Below, piece after piece: positions 17,525 through 25,827 of a stretch of 64,000 nucleotides of DNA. A program made the position numbers and the translations under genes. The notes beneath the pieces were generated by a model. That model ran no database searches. It saw nothing but the letters and a program-made list of their open reading frames with translations, and was not told where the DNA came from. This DNA comes from Candidatus Rokuibacteriota bacterium (GTDB lineage: Bacteria > Methylomirabilota > Methylomirabilia > Rokubacteriales > CSP1-6), in the NCBI GenBank assembly GCA_003220615.1, contig QHTB01000151.1, positions 67,974 through 131,973 of the forward strand. Reading direction: 5' to 3'. Position 1 is the stretch's first letter; each line of letters begins with the position of its first letter.

Positions 17525-18108
17525 CGGCTGGATTGCTGCTCCGCCGACTGGCCCACGACGGCCGCGGCGGGTTCAGACACGGCGACAGTCGCTTTCTCCT
17601 CATCCGGCCCGAGACCCTCGTCGGTGTGCAGCAGGCCGTCGAGCGTGCGCTCGGCGCTCGGGCCGCCGAGTGTTTCGTCGAGGGCGGTCGGGCCGGAGGC
17701 GCTCGCGCGCTGAGCTCGATCGCCGGGAGCGCGGAGGAGCGGGCCCGTGGGCTGACGGCGATGGCCGCAGATCTCGGCTGGGGCACGCTGGCCGTGGAGA
17801 CGCTGACGCCCACGTCGCTCGTCGTCATCGGGTCCAATTCGCCGTTCCCGGCAGCTCACGCCGCGACGGGTGACCCGGTCTGCCACCTCACGCGCGGTGT
17901 GCTGGAAGCGCTCGCCGAGAATCTCTTCGGGCGCCGGGTGCCCGTGCACGAGACCCATTGCGAAGCCGCGGGGGCGGAGCGTTGCAGATTCGAAGCTGTG
18001 GACGTGTCGTCACACCCCGCGCAGGGCGGGGGGGCTGTGGACGTGTCGTCACACCCCGGGCGAACCGGGGGGAAAATGGGGGGGACGCCTCGTCCCCCCC
18101 ATTCTTAA
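17521..18108 (+). CDS. V4R (4-vinyl-reductase-like) small-molecule-binding domain protein with a repeat-derived C-terminal tail
   Basis: GTGA-coupled GTG at 17521. ...RFLLIRPETLVGVQ... and ...CHLTRGVLEALAENLFGRRVPVHETHCEAAGAERCRFEA is the V4R C-terminal Cys pattern. The last ~37 aa are encoded by the tandem repeat and G/C-run hairpin. Confidence 0.6.
   Translation: MTAGLLLRRLAHDGRGGFRHGDSRFLLIRPETLVGVQQAVERALGARAAECFVEGGRAGGARALSSIAGSAEERARGLTAMAADLGWGTLAVETLTPTSLVVIGSNSPFPAAHAATGDPVCHLTRGVLEALAENLFGRRVPVHETHCEAAGAERCRFEAVDVSSHPAQGGGAVDVSSHPGRTGGKMGGTPRPPHS
17995..18072. repeat. tandem duplication, 2 x 39 nt (the first 25 nt, GCTGTGGACGTGTCGTCACACCCCG, are identical)
   Basis: Read directly. 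In-frame with V4R, encoding AVDVSSHPAQGGG / AVDVSSHPGRTGG. Confidence 0.9.
18076..18102 (+). other. perfect 12-bp stem / 3-nt loop hairpin ATGGGGGGGACG-CCT-CGTCCCCCCCAT, immediately upstream of livH
   Basis: Read directly. It is followed by an AT-rich stretch TCTTAATAATC. It could be a terminator/attenuator or an mRNA-stability element. Confidence 0.6.
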
Positions 18109-18113
18109 TAATC

Positions 18114-18992
18114 TTGAGCGCGGCGGCTCTCACTCACGTCGTGATCTCCGGCCTCGCCACCGGCAGCATCTACGCGCTCATGGCCCTGGCGCTCGTCATC
18201 GTCTACAACGCGACGCGCACGCTCAATTTCGCCCAGGGCGAGATGCTGATGGTGTCGGCGTTCCTGGCCTGGACGGCGCAGCGCACGCTCGGCCTCTCCT
18301 GGTGGGCGTCGATCGTGATCGCCATCGCCGGCGGAGCGCTGCTCGGATTCGTCGTCGAGTACGCGATCGTCCGGCGCTCGCCGACGGCAACGCCCGGGGA
18401 CGTGCTCATCATCACGCTCGGCCTCTCGCTCGTGCTGCGCGCACTGGCCGGCATGATCTGGAGCCACGACGAGTTCCCGTTTCCGTCGTTGTTCAGCAAC
18501 CGACCCATCGCCGTCGGGCCGGCCCGCCTCGCGCCCGTCTCGCTCGGCATCATCGGCGCCTCGCTGACGCTCATGCTCGCGCTCTACGTCCTGTTCACGC
18601 GCACGCGTCTGGGCCGGGCGATGCGGGCGGTGGCCCAGAACCCACGAGCGGCACGCCTCATGGGCGTGAGCGTCGAGCGGATGTCGAGCACGTCGTGGGT
18701 CCTCGCGGCGATGGTGGGCGCGGTAGCCGGCGTGCTGGTGGCACCCGTCGTCTTCCTGTCCACGAAGATGGGGCTCATCGTGATCAGCGGGTTCACCGCC
18801 GCCGTGCTCGGCGGCTTCGGCTCGATGCCGGGCGCCGTGGCCGGCGGGATGCTGCTCGGCGTGATCGAGAATCTCGCCCCGCTCTACTTGCCGTCGGCGA
18901 TCCGGTACGCCGTGCCGTTCCTGCTCCTGATCGGCATTCTCACGGTCCGTCCGACAGGGCTCCTGGGTCGGGCCACGGCGCGCAAGGTGTGA
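18114..18992 (+). CDS. livH: branched-chain amino-acid ABC transporter permease (LivH-type)
   Basis: TTG 18114 is in the frame of ORF 17958..18992. ...VISGLATGSIYALMALALVIVYNATRTLNFAQGEMLMV... is the LivH N-terminal signature. Confidence 0.85.
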   Translation: MSAAALTHVVISGLATGSIYALMALALVIVYNATRTLNFAQGEMLMVSAFLAWTAQRTLGLSWWASIVIAIAGGALLGFVVEYAIVRRSPTATPGDVLIITLGLSLVLRALAGMIWSHDEFPFPSLFSNRPIAVGPARLAPVSLGIIGASLTLMLALYVLFTRTRLGRAMRAVAQNPRAARLMGVSVERMSSTSWVLAAMVGAVAGVLVAPVVFLSTKMGLIVISGFTAAVLGGFGSMPGAVAGGMLLGVIENLAPLYLPSAIRYAVPFLLLIGILTVRPTGLLGRATARKV

Positions 18993-19909
18993 TGCGACGG
19001 GTGGGGCTCCTGGTCTTGATCGTCGTCGGGCTCGCCTGGCCGTTGCTCGTCCCCCGCTACTTCGTCTTCCTGGCCAGTCTCGTGCTCGTCAATGCGATCG
19101 TCGCGATGGGCCTCAATCTCCTCTCCGGCTACACGCATCAGCTCTCGTTCGGCCACGCGGGATTTCTCGCCATCGGCGCCTACACGACCGCGCTCCTTGG
19201 ACTGCACGCCCGTGGCCTGCCCGCGCCGCTGGCGCTCCTGGGCGCGGGCGTGGTGACGGCGGCCGTCGGCGTGGCCCTCGGCCTGCCCTGTCTCCGACTG
19301 GAGGGCCTGTACCTGACGATGGCGACGCTGGCCTTTGGCTTCGTCGTGACCGAGGCGATCCTGAATCTCGATCGCCTGACCAACGGCGCCGACGGGCTCC
19401 GCGTGCCGGCCGCACGGCTCGGCCCGTGGGCGCTGACGACGGATGCCACCCGCTACTACCTGGTCGTGGTCGTGACGGCGCTGCTCGTGGTGGCGGCGCT
19501 GAACGTCACGGGCATGCGCGTCGGCCGCGCCCTGCTCGCGATCCGCGAGAGCGAGATCGCCGCCCAGGCCAGCGGCGTGCCGGTCGCCACGTGGAAGACC
19601 ATCGCCTTCGCGCTGTCCGCCTTCTACACGGGCGTGGCCGGTGGGCTCTTCGCCTGGCTGATCGGCACGCTCTCGCCCGACGCCTTCGACGTCTTCCTCT
19701 CGGTCGACTTCGTCGTCATGATCATCCTGGGCGGGCTGGGATCCATTCCGGGCTCGATCGTGGGCGCCGCCGTGGTGACCCTGCTGAACGACGTGCTGGC
19801 CGGCTTCCAGAACTACCGGCCGCTCATCTTCGGCAGCGTCCTCATCGGCTGCATGCTGTTCATGCCCGGCGGCATCGCCAGCGCATGGCGCCGCCAGACC
19901 GCATCGTGA
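18992..19909 (+). CDS. livM: branched-chain amino-acid ABC transporter permease (LivM-type)
   Basis: ATG 18992 (TGATG overlap). ...NAIVAMGLNLLSGYTHQLSFGHAGFLAIGAYT... is the LivM signature. Confidence 0.85.
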   Translation: MRRVGLLVLIVVGLAWPLLVPRYFVFLASLVLVNAIVAMGLNLLSGYTHQLSFGHAGFLAIGAYTTALLGLHARGLPAPLALLGAGVVTAAVGVALGLPCLRLEGLYLTMATLAFGFVVTEAILNLDRLTNGADGLRVPAARLGPWALTTDATRYYLVVVVTALLVVAALNVTGMRVGRALLAIRESEIAAQASGVPVATWKTIAFALSAFYTGVAGGLFAWLIGTLSPDAFDVFLSVDFVVMIILGGLGSIPGSIVGAAVVTLLNDVLAGFQNYRPLIFGSVLIGCMLFMPGGIASAWRRQTAS

Positions 19910-20011
19910 ACGAATCGTGACCCGCACGGAGCCACGCAGCGCCACACGCACTCGAACAGGCCACCCACGCTTCGAGCCGGCCTCACGCCGCCGATACAAA
20001 GGAGACCGCGT

Positions 20012-21175
20012 ATGAAGACCTGGATCATCGGTGTGCTGGCCGCCGCGCTCGCCGTCGGCTCGGCCTCGCTCGCCGCCGCCCAGCAAGGGGTGACCGACAC
20101 CGAGATCGTGCTCGGCTGCTCCAACTCGTTCTCGGGCCCGCTGGCCTTCACCGGCGAGCAGGCCACGCGCTTCGGCGTGGATCTCTACTTCCGCGTGCTC
20201 AACGACGGCGGCGGCATCAATGGCCGCAAGGTCCGCACGGTCTATTACGACGACGCCTACCGGCCGCAGGACGCCGCCGCCAACACCAAGAAGCTCGTGG
20301 AGCAGGACAAGATCTTCGCCGTCATCGCTCCCCAGGGGACCCCGCCCGTGGTGGCGACGCTCGACTACCTCGAGGAGAACAAGGTGCCGCTGCTCTTTCC
20401 CTTCCAGGGCTCGCCGGTCACGCGCGGCAAGAAGTACGTGTTCAGCGGCATGACGCTCTACGACCGGCAGTCGCGGATGATGATCGACTACCTGGTCGGC
20501 GAGCGGAAGTACAAGACGTTCGGCGTTCTCTATCAGGACGACGAGTACGGCAAGGCTTTCCTCACCGCGTTCGAGAAGGATCTGGCCCGCCACCGGCTCA
20601 AGCTCACCGCGGCCGAACCCGTCAAGCGCGGCGCGACCGACGTGAGCGCCCAGGTCGCGAAGCTTCAAGCGGCCCGGCCCGAAGTCACGTTCCTGGTGCT
20701 CGTGCCGGGCGCCGGCGCCCAGGCGTTGAAGGAGCGCCAGAAGATCGGCTGGACGGAGACGGTCATGGTGTCGGCGGGCCCGCTCACTGACGAGCGCTAC
20801 CTGTCGCTCGCCGCCGACGCGGCCGAAGGCGTCGAGGGACTCTCGCTGTGGCCGGACCCCGTCACGTCGGAACTCCCCGGCGTGCGCCAGTACCGCGAGG
20901 TCATGCGGCGCTATTTCCCGAAGAACGAGGTGAACCGGTACTCGCTGTCCGGCTATTTCGCCGCGATGCTCTTCAGCGAAGGCGCCAAGCGCGCGGGGAA
21001 GAATCTGACCCGCGAGAGCCTCATCACCGGGCTCGAGAGCGTCAAGGACTGGGACAGCGGCATCCTGCCGCCGATCACCATTGGCCCCGACCACGAAACC
21101 CAGAAGCAGGGGTTCTGGGTGAAGGTCGAGAAGATGCGCTTCAAGACGCTCACGGACTGGCTCAAGAGCGAGTGA
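20012..21175 (+). CDS. ABC transporter substrate-binding protein (LivK/type-I periplasmic binding fold)
   Basis: 387 aa. Signal peptide MKTWIIGVLAAALAVGSASLAAA. ...GVTDTEIVLGCSNSFSGPLAFTGEQ...INGRKV..VYYDD.Y.P... SD AAAGGAG upstream. Confidence 0.85.
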   Translation: MKTWIIGVLAAALAVGSASLAAAQQGVTDTEIVLGCSNSFSGPLAFTGEQATRFGVDLYFRVLNDGGGINGRKVRTVYYDDAYRPQDAAANTKKLVEQDKIFAVIAPQGTPPVVATLDYLEENKVPLLFPFQGSPVTRGKKYVFSGMTLYDRQSRMMIDYLVGERKYKTFGVLYQDDEYGKAFLTAFEKDLARHRLKLTAAEPVKRGATDVSAQVAKLQAARPEVTFLVLVPGAGAQALKERQKIGWTETVMVSAGPLTDERYLSLAADAAEGVEGLSLWPDPVTSELPGVRQYREVMRRYFPKNEVNRYSLSGYFAAMLFSEGAKRAGKNLTRESLITGLESVKDWDSGILPPITIGPDHETQKQGFWVKVEKMRFKTLTDWLKSE

Positions 21176-21939
21176 CGTCGCTCCTCAGCGTCAGCGGCCT
21201 CTCGATCAACTTCGGCGGGCTGGCGGCGCTGAGCGGTCTCGATCTGGAAGTCGGCGAGGGCGCAATCGTCGCCCTCATCGGCCCCAACGGCGCGGGGAAG
21301 ACCACCGTCTTCAACGTGCTGACCGGGCTCTACCGTCCCTCGCACGGCCGTGTGACGTTTCGCGGCGACGATCTGCTGGCGCTGGCCCCGCACGCGATCG
21401 CTCGGCGCGGCATCGCACGAACGTTCCAGAACACCGAAGTCTTCCGGCGGTTGAGCGCTCTCGACAACGTGCTGATCGGGCGACACGCTCATCTCGAGGG
21501 CGGCGTCCTCGGTGGCGCGCTGGCCCTGCCGCGCGTGCGGAGCGAGGAGACGAGGGCGCGGCGCGACGCCCGTGCGCTCCTCGATCTCGTCGGCCTCCGC
21601 ACCGCCGCCGACGTCGAGGCGGCCAGCCTGCCGCTCGGCCACCAGAAGCGGCTCGAGATGGCCCGAGCGCTGGCCGCCGAGCCTGCGCTGCTCTTGCTCG
21701 ACGAGCCGGCCGGCGGCCTCAATACCACGGAGACGCGAGAGCTCATGGGGCTGATTCGCCGGCTGCGTGACGAGCGTTCGTTGACGATCCTGCTCGTCGA
21801 GCACGACATGCAGCTCGTCATGGGCATCTCGGACCGCGTCACCGTCCTCGATCACGGCCGCAAGATCGCGGAGGGCGAGCCGCGCGAGATCTCGCGCGAC
21901 CCGGCGGTGATCGAGGCCTACCTGGGGGTGCCCGAGTAG
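21172..21939 (+). CDS. livG: ABC transporter ATP-binding protein (LivG-type)
   Basis: GTGA-coupled GTG. Walker A GPNGAGKTT, ...LGHQKRLEMARALA..P.LLLLDEPAGGLN... signature and Walker B. Confidence 0.9.
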   Translation: MTSLLSVSGLSINFGGLAALSGLDLEVGEGAIVALIGPNGAGKTTVFNVLTGLYRPSHGRVTFRGDDLLALAPHAIARRGIARTFQNTEVFRRLSALDNVLIGRHAHLEGGVLGGALALPRVRSEETRARRDARALLDLVGLRTAADVEAASLPLGHQKRLEMARALAAEPALLLLDEPAGGLNTTETRELMGLIRRLRDERSLTILLVEHDMQLVMGISDRVTVLDHGRKIAEGEPREISRDPAVIEAYLGVPE

Positions 21940-22649
21940 TGTCGGCGCTGCTCGAGCTCCACGGCGTGTCGGTGTCCTACGGCAAGCGTCGTGCCCTCGA
22001 GGATGCCTCGCTCACGGTCGGCGCGGGAGAGATCGTCGCGCTGCTCGGCGCCAACGGGAGCGGGAAGAGCACGACGCTGCGGATGATCTCCGGCCTCGTG
22101 CGTCCGAGCCGAGGGCGCATCGACTACGAGGGCCGCGACATCACGACGTGGCCGCCCGACGGGATCGTCGCCGCCGGCCTCGTCCACGTCCCCGAGGGCC
22201 GCGAGATCTTCTCCGAGTTCACCGTGCTCGAGAATCTCCTGGTCGGCGGCCACACGGCACCGTCGCGCGAGGTCGCGTCCCGTCTCGAGCGGGCGCTGGC
22301 GATGTTTCCCGTCCTGCGCGAGCGTCAGCGCCAGCCCGGCGGCACGCTCTCCGGGGGCGAGCAGCAGATGCTTGCCATCGCGCGAGCGCTGATGGCCGCG
22401 CCGCGCGTGCTCCTCCTCGACGAGCCGTCGCTGGGACTGGCGCCGCGGCTGGCGCGCGAGATCTTTCGCGTGATCGAGCGCATCAACGCCGACGGCGTCA
22501 CCGTGCTGCTCGTCGAGCAGAACGCACGGCACGCGCTGGCCGTGGCCGCCCGCGGCTACGTGCTCGAGACCGGCCGCATCGTCATGACCGGGACGAGCCG
22601 TGCGCTCGCCGCCGACCCGCGCGTCCGCGCCGCCTATCTGGGCGGATAA
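21939..22649 (+). CDS. livF: ABC transporter ATP-binding protein (LivF-type)
   Basis: 236 aa. GANGSGKST, LSGGEQQMLAIARALM, LLLDEPSLGLAP. Confidence 0.9.
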   Translation: MSALLELHGVSVSYGKRRALEDASLTVGAGEIVALLGANGSGKSTTLRMISGLVRPSRGRIDYEGRDITTWPPDGIVAAGLVHVPEGREIFSEFTVLENLLVGGHTAPSREVASRLERALAMFPVLRERQRQPGGTLSGGEQQMLAIARALMAAPRVLLLDEPSLGLAPRLAREIFRVIERINADGVTVLLVEQNARHALAVAARGYVLETGRIVMTGTSRALAADPRVRAAYLGG

Positions 22650-22654
22650 AATCA

Positions 22655-22679
22655 TGGGGGGCCTCGAACGGGCCCCCCA
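22655..22679. terminator. G/C-run hairpin TGGGGGGCC-TCGAACG-GGCCCCCCA between convergent livF and the DinB gene
   Basis: 9-bp stem read directly. It lies 6 nt after the livF stop and 7 nt before the minus-strand stop. There is no U-tract on either side (a GC-rich 'I-shaped' terminator at best). Confidence 0.5.
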
Positions 22680-22685
22680 AACCCC

Positions 22686-23195
22686 CTAGCCGGCGGGCGG
22701 CAGCCCGACGGCCTTGCGGATCTTGGCGATCTGCCCGGCGTGATCGTTCCAGTGGAAGTCGAAGAGCGCGCCGACGTACTGGGCGAGCGGGATCTCTTCG
22801 GTGCCCATGAACTGCTTGAAGAGCGGAATCCTCGCCTTGCGCGTCTGCAGCTCGTCATCGGAGAGCGGCGCGACCAGGGCGAACACCTGGCGGCGCTGCT
22901 CGTCGATGGCGTCGACGAGCTGCTTGAGACTCATGCGCTTGCGCTCGTCGTTCAGATACGGCTTGCCCGGCTCCATGTCGATCACGGGCAGGGTCTTGGG
23001 CGCGAACGACTTCAACGTGACGGTGGGATCCCATCCCGGCTGGAAGAGCAGGTGAGAGAGGACTTCCCGCGTCGTCCACTGCCCGGACGCGTCCGAACGA
23101 TCGAGATGCGATTCCATGCCCTGAAGCTGGCGGGTCAGGTTCGTCCACGCCGCGTCGGTCTTGGCCTTGAGCTCACTGGCGACTTTGCCTGCCAT
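22686..23195 (-). CDS. DinB-family (four-helix-bundle metal-binding) protein
   Basis: 169 aa. ...WTTREVLSHLL... and the C-terminal ...FDFHWNDHAGQIAKIR... His-containing motifs typical of the DinB superfamily. AGGAGG SD. Confidence 0.7.
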   Translation of the reverse strand: MAGKVASELKAKTDAAWTNLTRQLQGMESHLDRSDASGQWTTREVLSHLLFQPGWDPTVTLKSFAPKTLPVIDMEPGKPYLNDERKRMSLKQLVDAIDEQRRQVFALVAPLSDDELQTRKARIPLFKQFMGTEEIPLAQYVGALFDFHWNDHAGQIAKIRKAVGLPPAG

Positions 23196-23377
23196 CGAGC
23201 ACCTCCTGCGCAGGGTAGAGCGGCAGTTTATCGCGTTCGATGCGCGGCCTCGCCGCGAAGATTCAGATCGTCTCGGCGAGCCTGTCCAGACATCCTGTCC
23301 ATCCCCGGGTGTGATCGGTCCAGGGGCATCTTGACTGGCCCCCGACCTTCGTCAAGCCCCGCGGTACACTCGGGCGC

Positions 23378-24439
23378 ATGACGATGCTCTCGTGGCTCCT
23401 CGTCCCGCTCGCCCTCGCGCTGGCGCTCTGGCCGCTCGGACACCCGAGCGCACAGTCACGGGTGGAGACGGTGGTGAGCGGCCTGGAAGTCCCGTGGGCC
23501 CTCGCCTTCGCTCCCGACGGTACGCTCTACGTCACCGAACGCCCGGGGTTGATCCGTGTCGTCAAGAACGGCCGGCTCGATCCCAAGGCGGTCGCGACAC
23601 TGACCGTGGCGGCGCGCGGCGAGAGCGGCTTGATGGGACTCGCGCTCGATCCTGAGTTCGCGAAGAACGGTCATCTCTACACCTGCTACACGATGGAGCG
23701 CCGCGGCAGCGGAGCGCTGATCAACCGCGTGGTCAGGTTCGCCGTCCGGGGCGGACTGGCCACCGACGAGCACGTGCTGATCGACGACATGCCGGGCAAC
23801 GTCTTTCACGACGGCTGCCGGCTGAAGTTCGGCCCCGACGGCAAGCTCTACGTCACCATGGGCGACGCCGGACAGGACCGGCTGGCGCAGCAGCGCGACT
23901 CGCTCGCCGGCAAGATCCTCCGGATCAACGCCGACGGCAGCGTGCCCGCCGACAATCCGTTTCAGGGGTCGCCGGTCTGGACGCTCGGCCATCGGAATTC
24001 TCAAGGCTTGGCCTGGGATAGCCGGGGACGCCTCTTCGAGTCGGAGCACGGCCCCTCGGGATTTCCGGGTGGCCACGATGAGATCAACCTCATCCAGCCG
24101 GGCAAGAACTACGGCTGGCCGGAGGTCTACGGCAAGAGCGGCGACGGACGCTTCGTGGCCCCGCTGATCGAGTCGGGGCGCGACACGTGGGCACCCTCGG
24201 GCATCGCGATCCTCGGCGATCATCTCTACGTCACCGCGCTCCGGGGCAAGCGCCTCTTGCGCTTCCGGCTGAGCGGCGACGGCGTGGTGGCCGACGGCGA
24301 CTGGCTCAAGGGAACGCACGGCCGGTTGCGCGACGTCGTCGTCGGCCCCGATGGCGCGCTCTACGTCGCGACCAGCAATCACGACGGCCGTGGCTCGCCG
24401 GCGAGCGAGGACGATCGCATCCTGCGCGTATGGCCGTGA
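23378..24439 (+). CDS. PQQ-dependent sugar dehydrogenase (soluble aldose dehydrogenase / YliI-like beta-propeller)
   Basis: 353 aa, signal peptide. ...GLEVPWALAFAPDGTLYVTERPGLIRVV..., ...HDGCRLKFGPDGKLYVTMGD..., ...GHRNSQGLAWD... Confidence 0.85.
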   Translation: MTMLSWLLVPLALALALWPLGHPSAQSRVETVVSGLEVPWALAFAPDGTLYVTERPGLIRVVKNGRLDPKAVATLTVAARGESGLMGLALDPEFAKNGHLYTCYTMERRGSGALINRVVRFAVRGGLATDEHVLIDDMPGNVFHDGCRLKFGPDGKLYVTMGDAGQDRLAQQRDSLAGKILRINADGSVPADNPFQGSPVWTLGHRNSQGLAWDSRGRLFESEHGPSGFPGGHDEINLIQPGKNYGWPEVYGKSGDGRFVAPLIESGRDTWAPSGIAILGDHLYVTALRGKRLLRFRLSGDGVVADGDWLKGTHGRLRDVVVGPDGALYVATSNHDGRGSPASEDDRILRVWP

Positions 24440-24476
24440 CGGTTCATCCCCGGCCCGATCAGAGTCGCGACGACAC

Positions 24477-25781
24477 GTGAGGCAGTCCACGATCTACCAG
24501 CCAGACCGTGAGTGCATGCCGCGCGAGCGGCTCGAGCGGCTGACGCTCGAGCACATGCGCGCCACGCTCGCCCGCGTGAGCGAGAACCCGGCGTGGGTCA
24601 AGCGCCTCGAGGGCGTGCGCTCCGAGGATCTCGCGCGCGTGGAGGATTGGCGGCGGCTGCCCTTCCTCACCAAGGAGGCGCTGCGCGACGCCTATCCGTT
24701 CGGCCTGGCCTGCGGCCGCGAGTACCGGCGTATCCAGATGTCGAGCGGCACCACCGGCAACCCGATCCTCAATCCCTACACGGCGGCCGACGTCGAGCAG
24801 TGGGGCGAGGTGATGGCGCGCTGCTACGTCGCCGCCGGCGTGACGGCGGGCGACGTCATCCAGATCACGCCGTCGTTCGGCCTCTTCACGGGGGGCTTCG
24901 GCTTCCACTACGGCGCCGAGCGATTGGGTGCGATGATCGTGCCCGTCGGCGCCGGCCGCACGCTGCTGCAGCTCAAGCTGATGCGTGACCTGCGCGCGAC
25001 CGTGCTGGCCGCCATCGCCACGTACCCGCTGCGGCTGCTGGAGGTCGCCCGCGAAGAGTGCTTCGACCTCGGCACGCTCGCGCTGCGGGTGGGGATCTTC
25101 GGCTCCGAGATGTGGTCGGACGAGCTGCGCGTCCGGATCGAGCGGGAGCTTTCCATCCGCGCCTTCGACATCATCGGGATGACGGAGACGGGCGGCCCTG
25201 GCCTTGGCATCGACTGCGCCGCCCGCGCCGGCGTCCACGTCTGGGAGGACCATTACTACGTCGAGATCGTCGACCCCGCCTCGGGCCGTGTCCTGCCCGA
25301 CGGCGCCGAGGGCGAGCTGGTCGTCTCGGCGCTCACCCGTGAGGGACTGCCGCTAGTGCGCTATCGCACCCACGACCTCACGCGCGTCGTCTCGCGCGCG
25401 ACGTGTGACTGCGGGCGGGCGATGCTGCGGCTCGATCGCCTGCGCGGCCGCACCGACGACATGGTCATCTTCAAGGGCGTGAACTTCTATCCACGCCAGA
25501 TCGAGCAAGTGCTGCTGCGCCAGCCCGGGCTCGGTCACGAGTACCAGATCGTGCTCGACACCGAGGGGGGTGGCGAGCGCATGACCGTGATGATCGAGGC
25601 CGAGCCGGAGTGCGATGCCGCGGTGGCCGCGCGCGTGCGCCGCGAGCTCCACGATCTCCTGAGCCTCAGCCCCGAGCTCCGGCTCTGCCGGCTCGGCGAG
25701 ATCGAGCGGGCCCAGGGCAAGGCCGTGCGGGTGGTGGATTTGCGAGCCGAGGACCCGTCGCGGGCACGAGGCGAGCGGTGA
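24477..25781 (+). CDS. paaK: phenylacetate-CoA ligase family protein
   Basis: GTG 24477 within ORF 24351..25781. ...LPFLTKEALRDAYPFGL...IQMSSGTTGNPIL.PYT..D...W.... and ...GMTETGGPGLG.DC... are PaaK motifs. Confidence 0.85.
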   Translation: MRQSTIYQPDRECMPRERLERLTLEHMRATLARVSENPAWVKRLEGVRSEDLARVEDWRRLPFLTKEALRDAYPFGLACGREYRRIQMSSGTTGNPILNPYTAADVEQWGEVMARCYVAAGVTAGDVIQITPSFGLFTGGFGFHYGAERLGAMIVPVGAGRTLLQLKLMRDLRATVLAAIATYPLRLLEVAREECFDLGTLALRVGIFGSEMWSDELRVRIERELSIRAFDIIGMTETGGPGLGIDCAARAGVHVWEDHYYVEIVDPASGRVLPDGAEGELVVSALTREGLPLVRYRTHDLTRVVSRATCDCGRAMLRLDRLRGRTDDMVIFKGVNFYPRQIEQVLLRQPGLGHEYQIVLDTEGGGERMTVMIEAEPECDAAVAARVRRELHDLLSLSPELRLCRLGEIERAQGKAVRVVDLRAEDPSRARGER

Positions 25782-25827
25782 AATGGCCGGATTTGCGAGC
25801 CGAGGGCCGTCCGCGGGCGTGATGGCC
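25736..25827. repeat. imperfect tandem duplication (53-nt offset) of the paaK/acyl-CoA-synthetase junction; 30-nt cores GGATTTGCGAGCCGAGG(A/G)CC.GTC.GCGGGC at 25736-25765 and 25789-25818
   Basis: Read directly. Each copy ends in a TGA-ATGGCCGG junction (TGAAATGGCCGG at 25779 and TGATGGCCGG at 25820). Confidence 0.9.
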
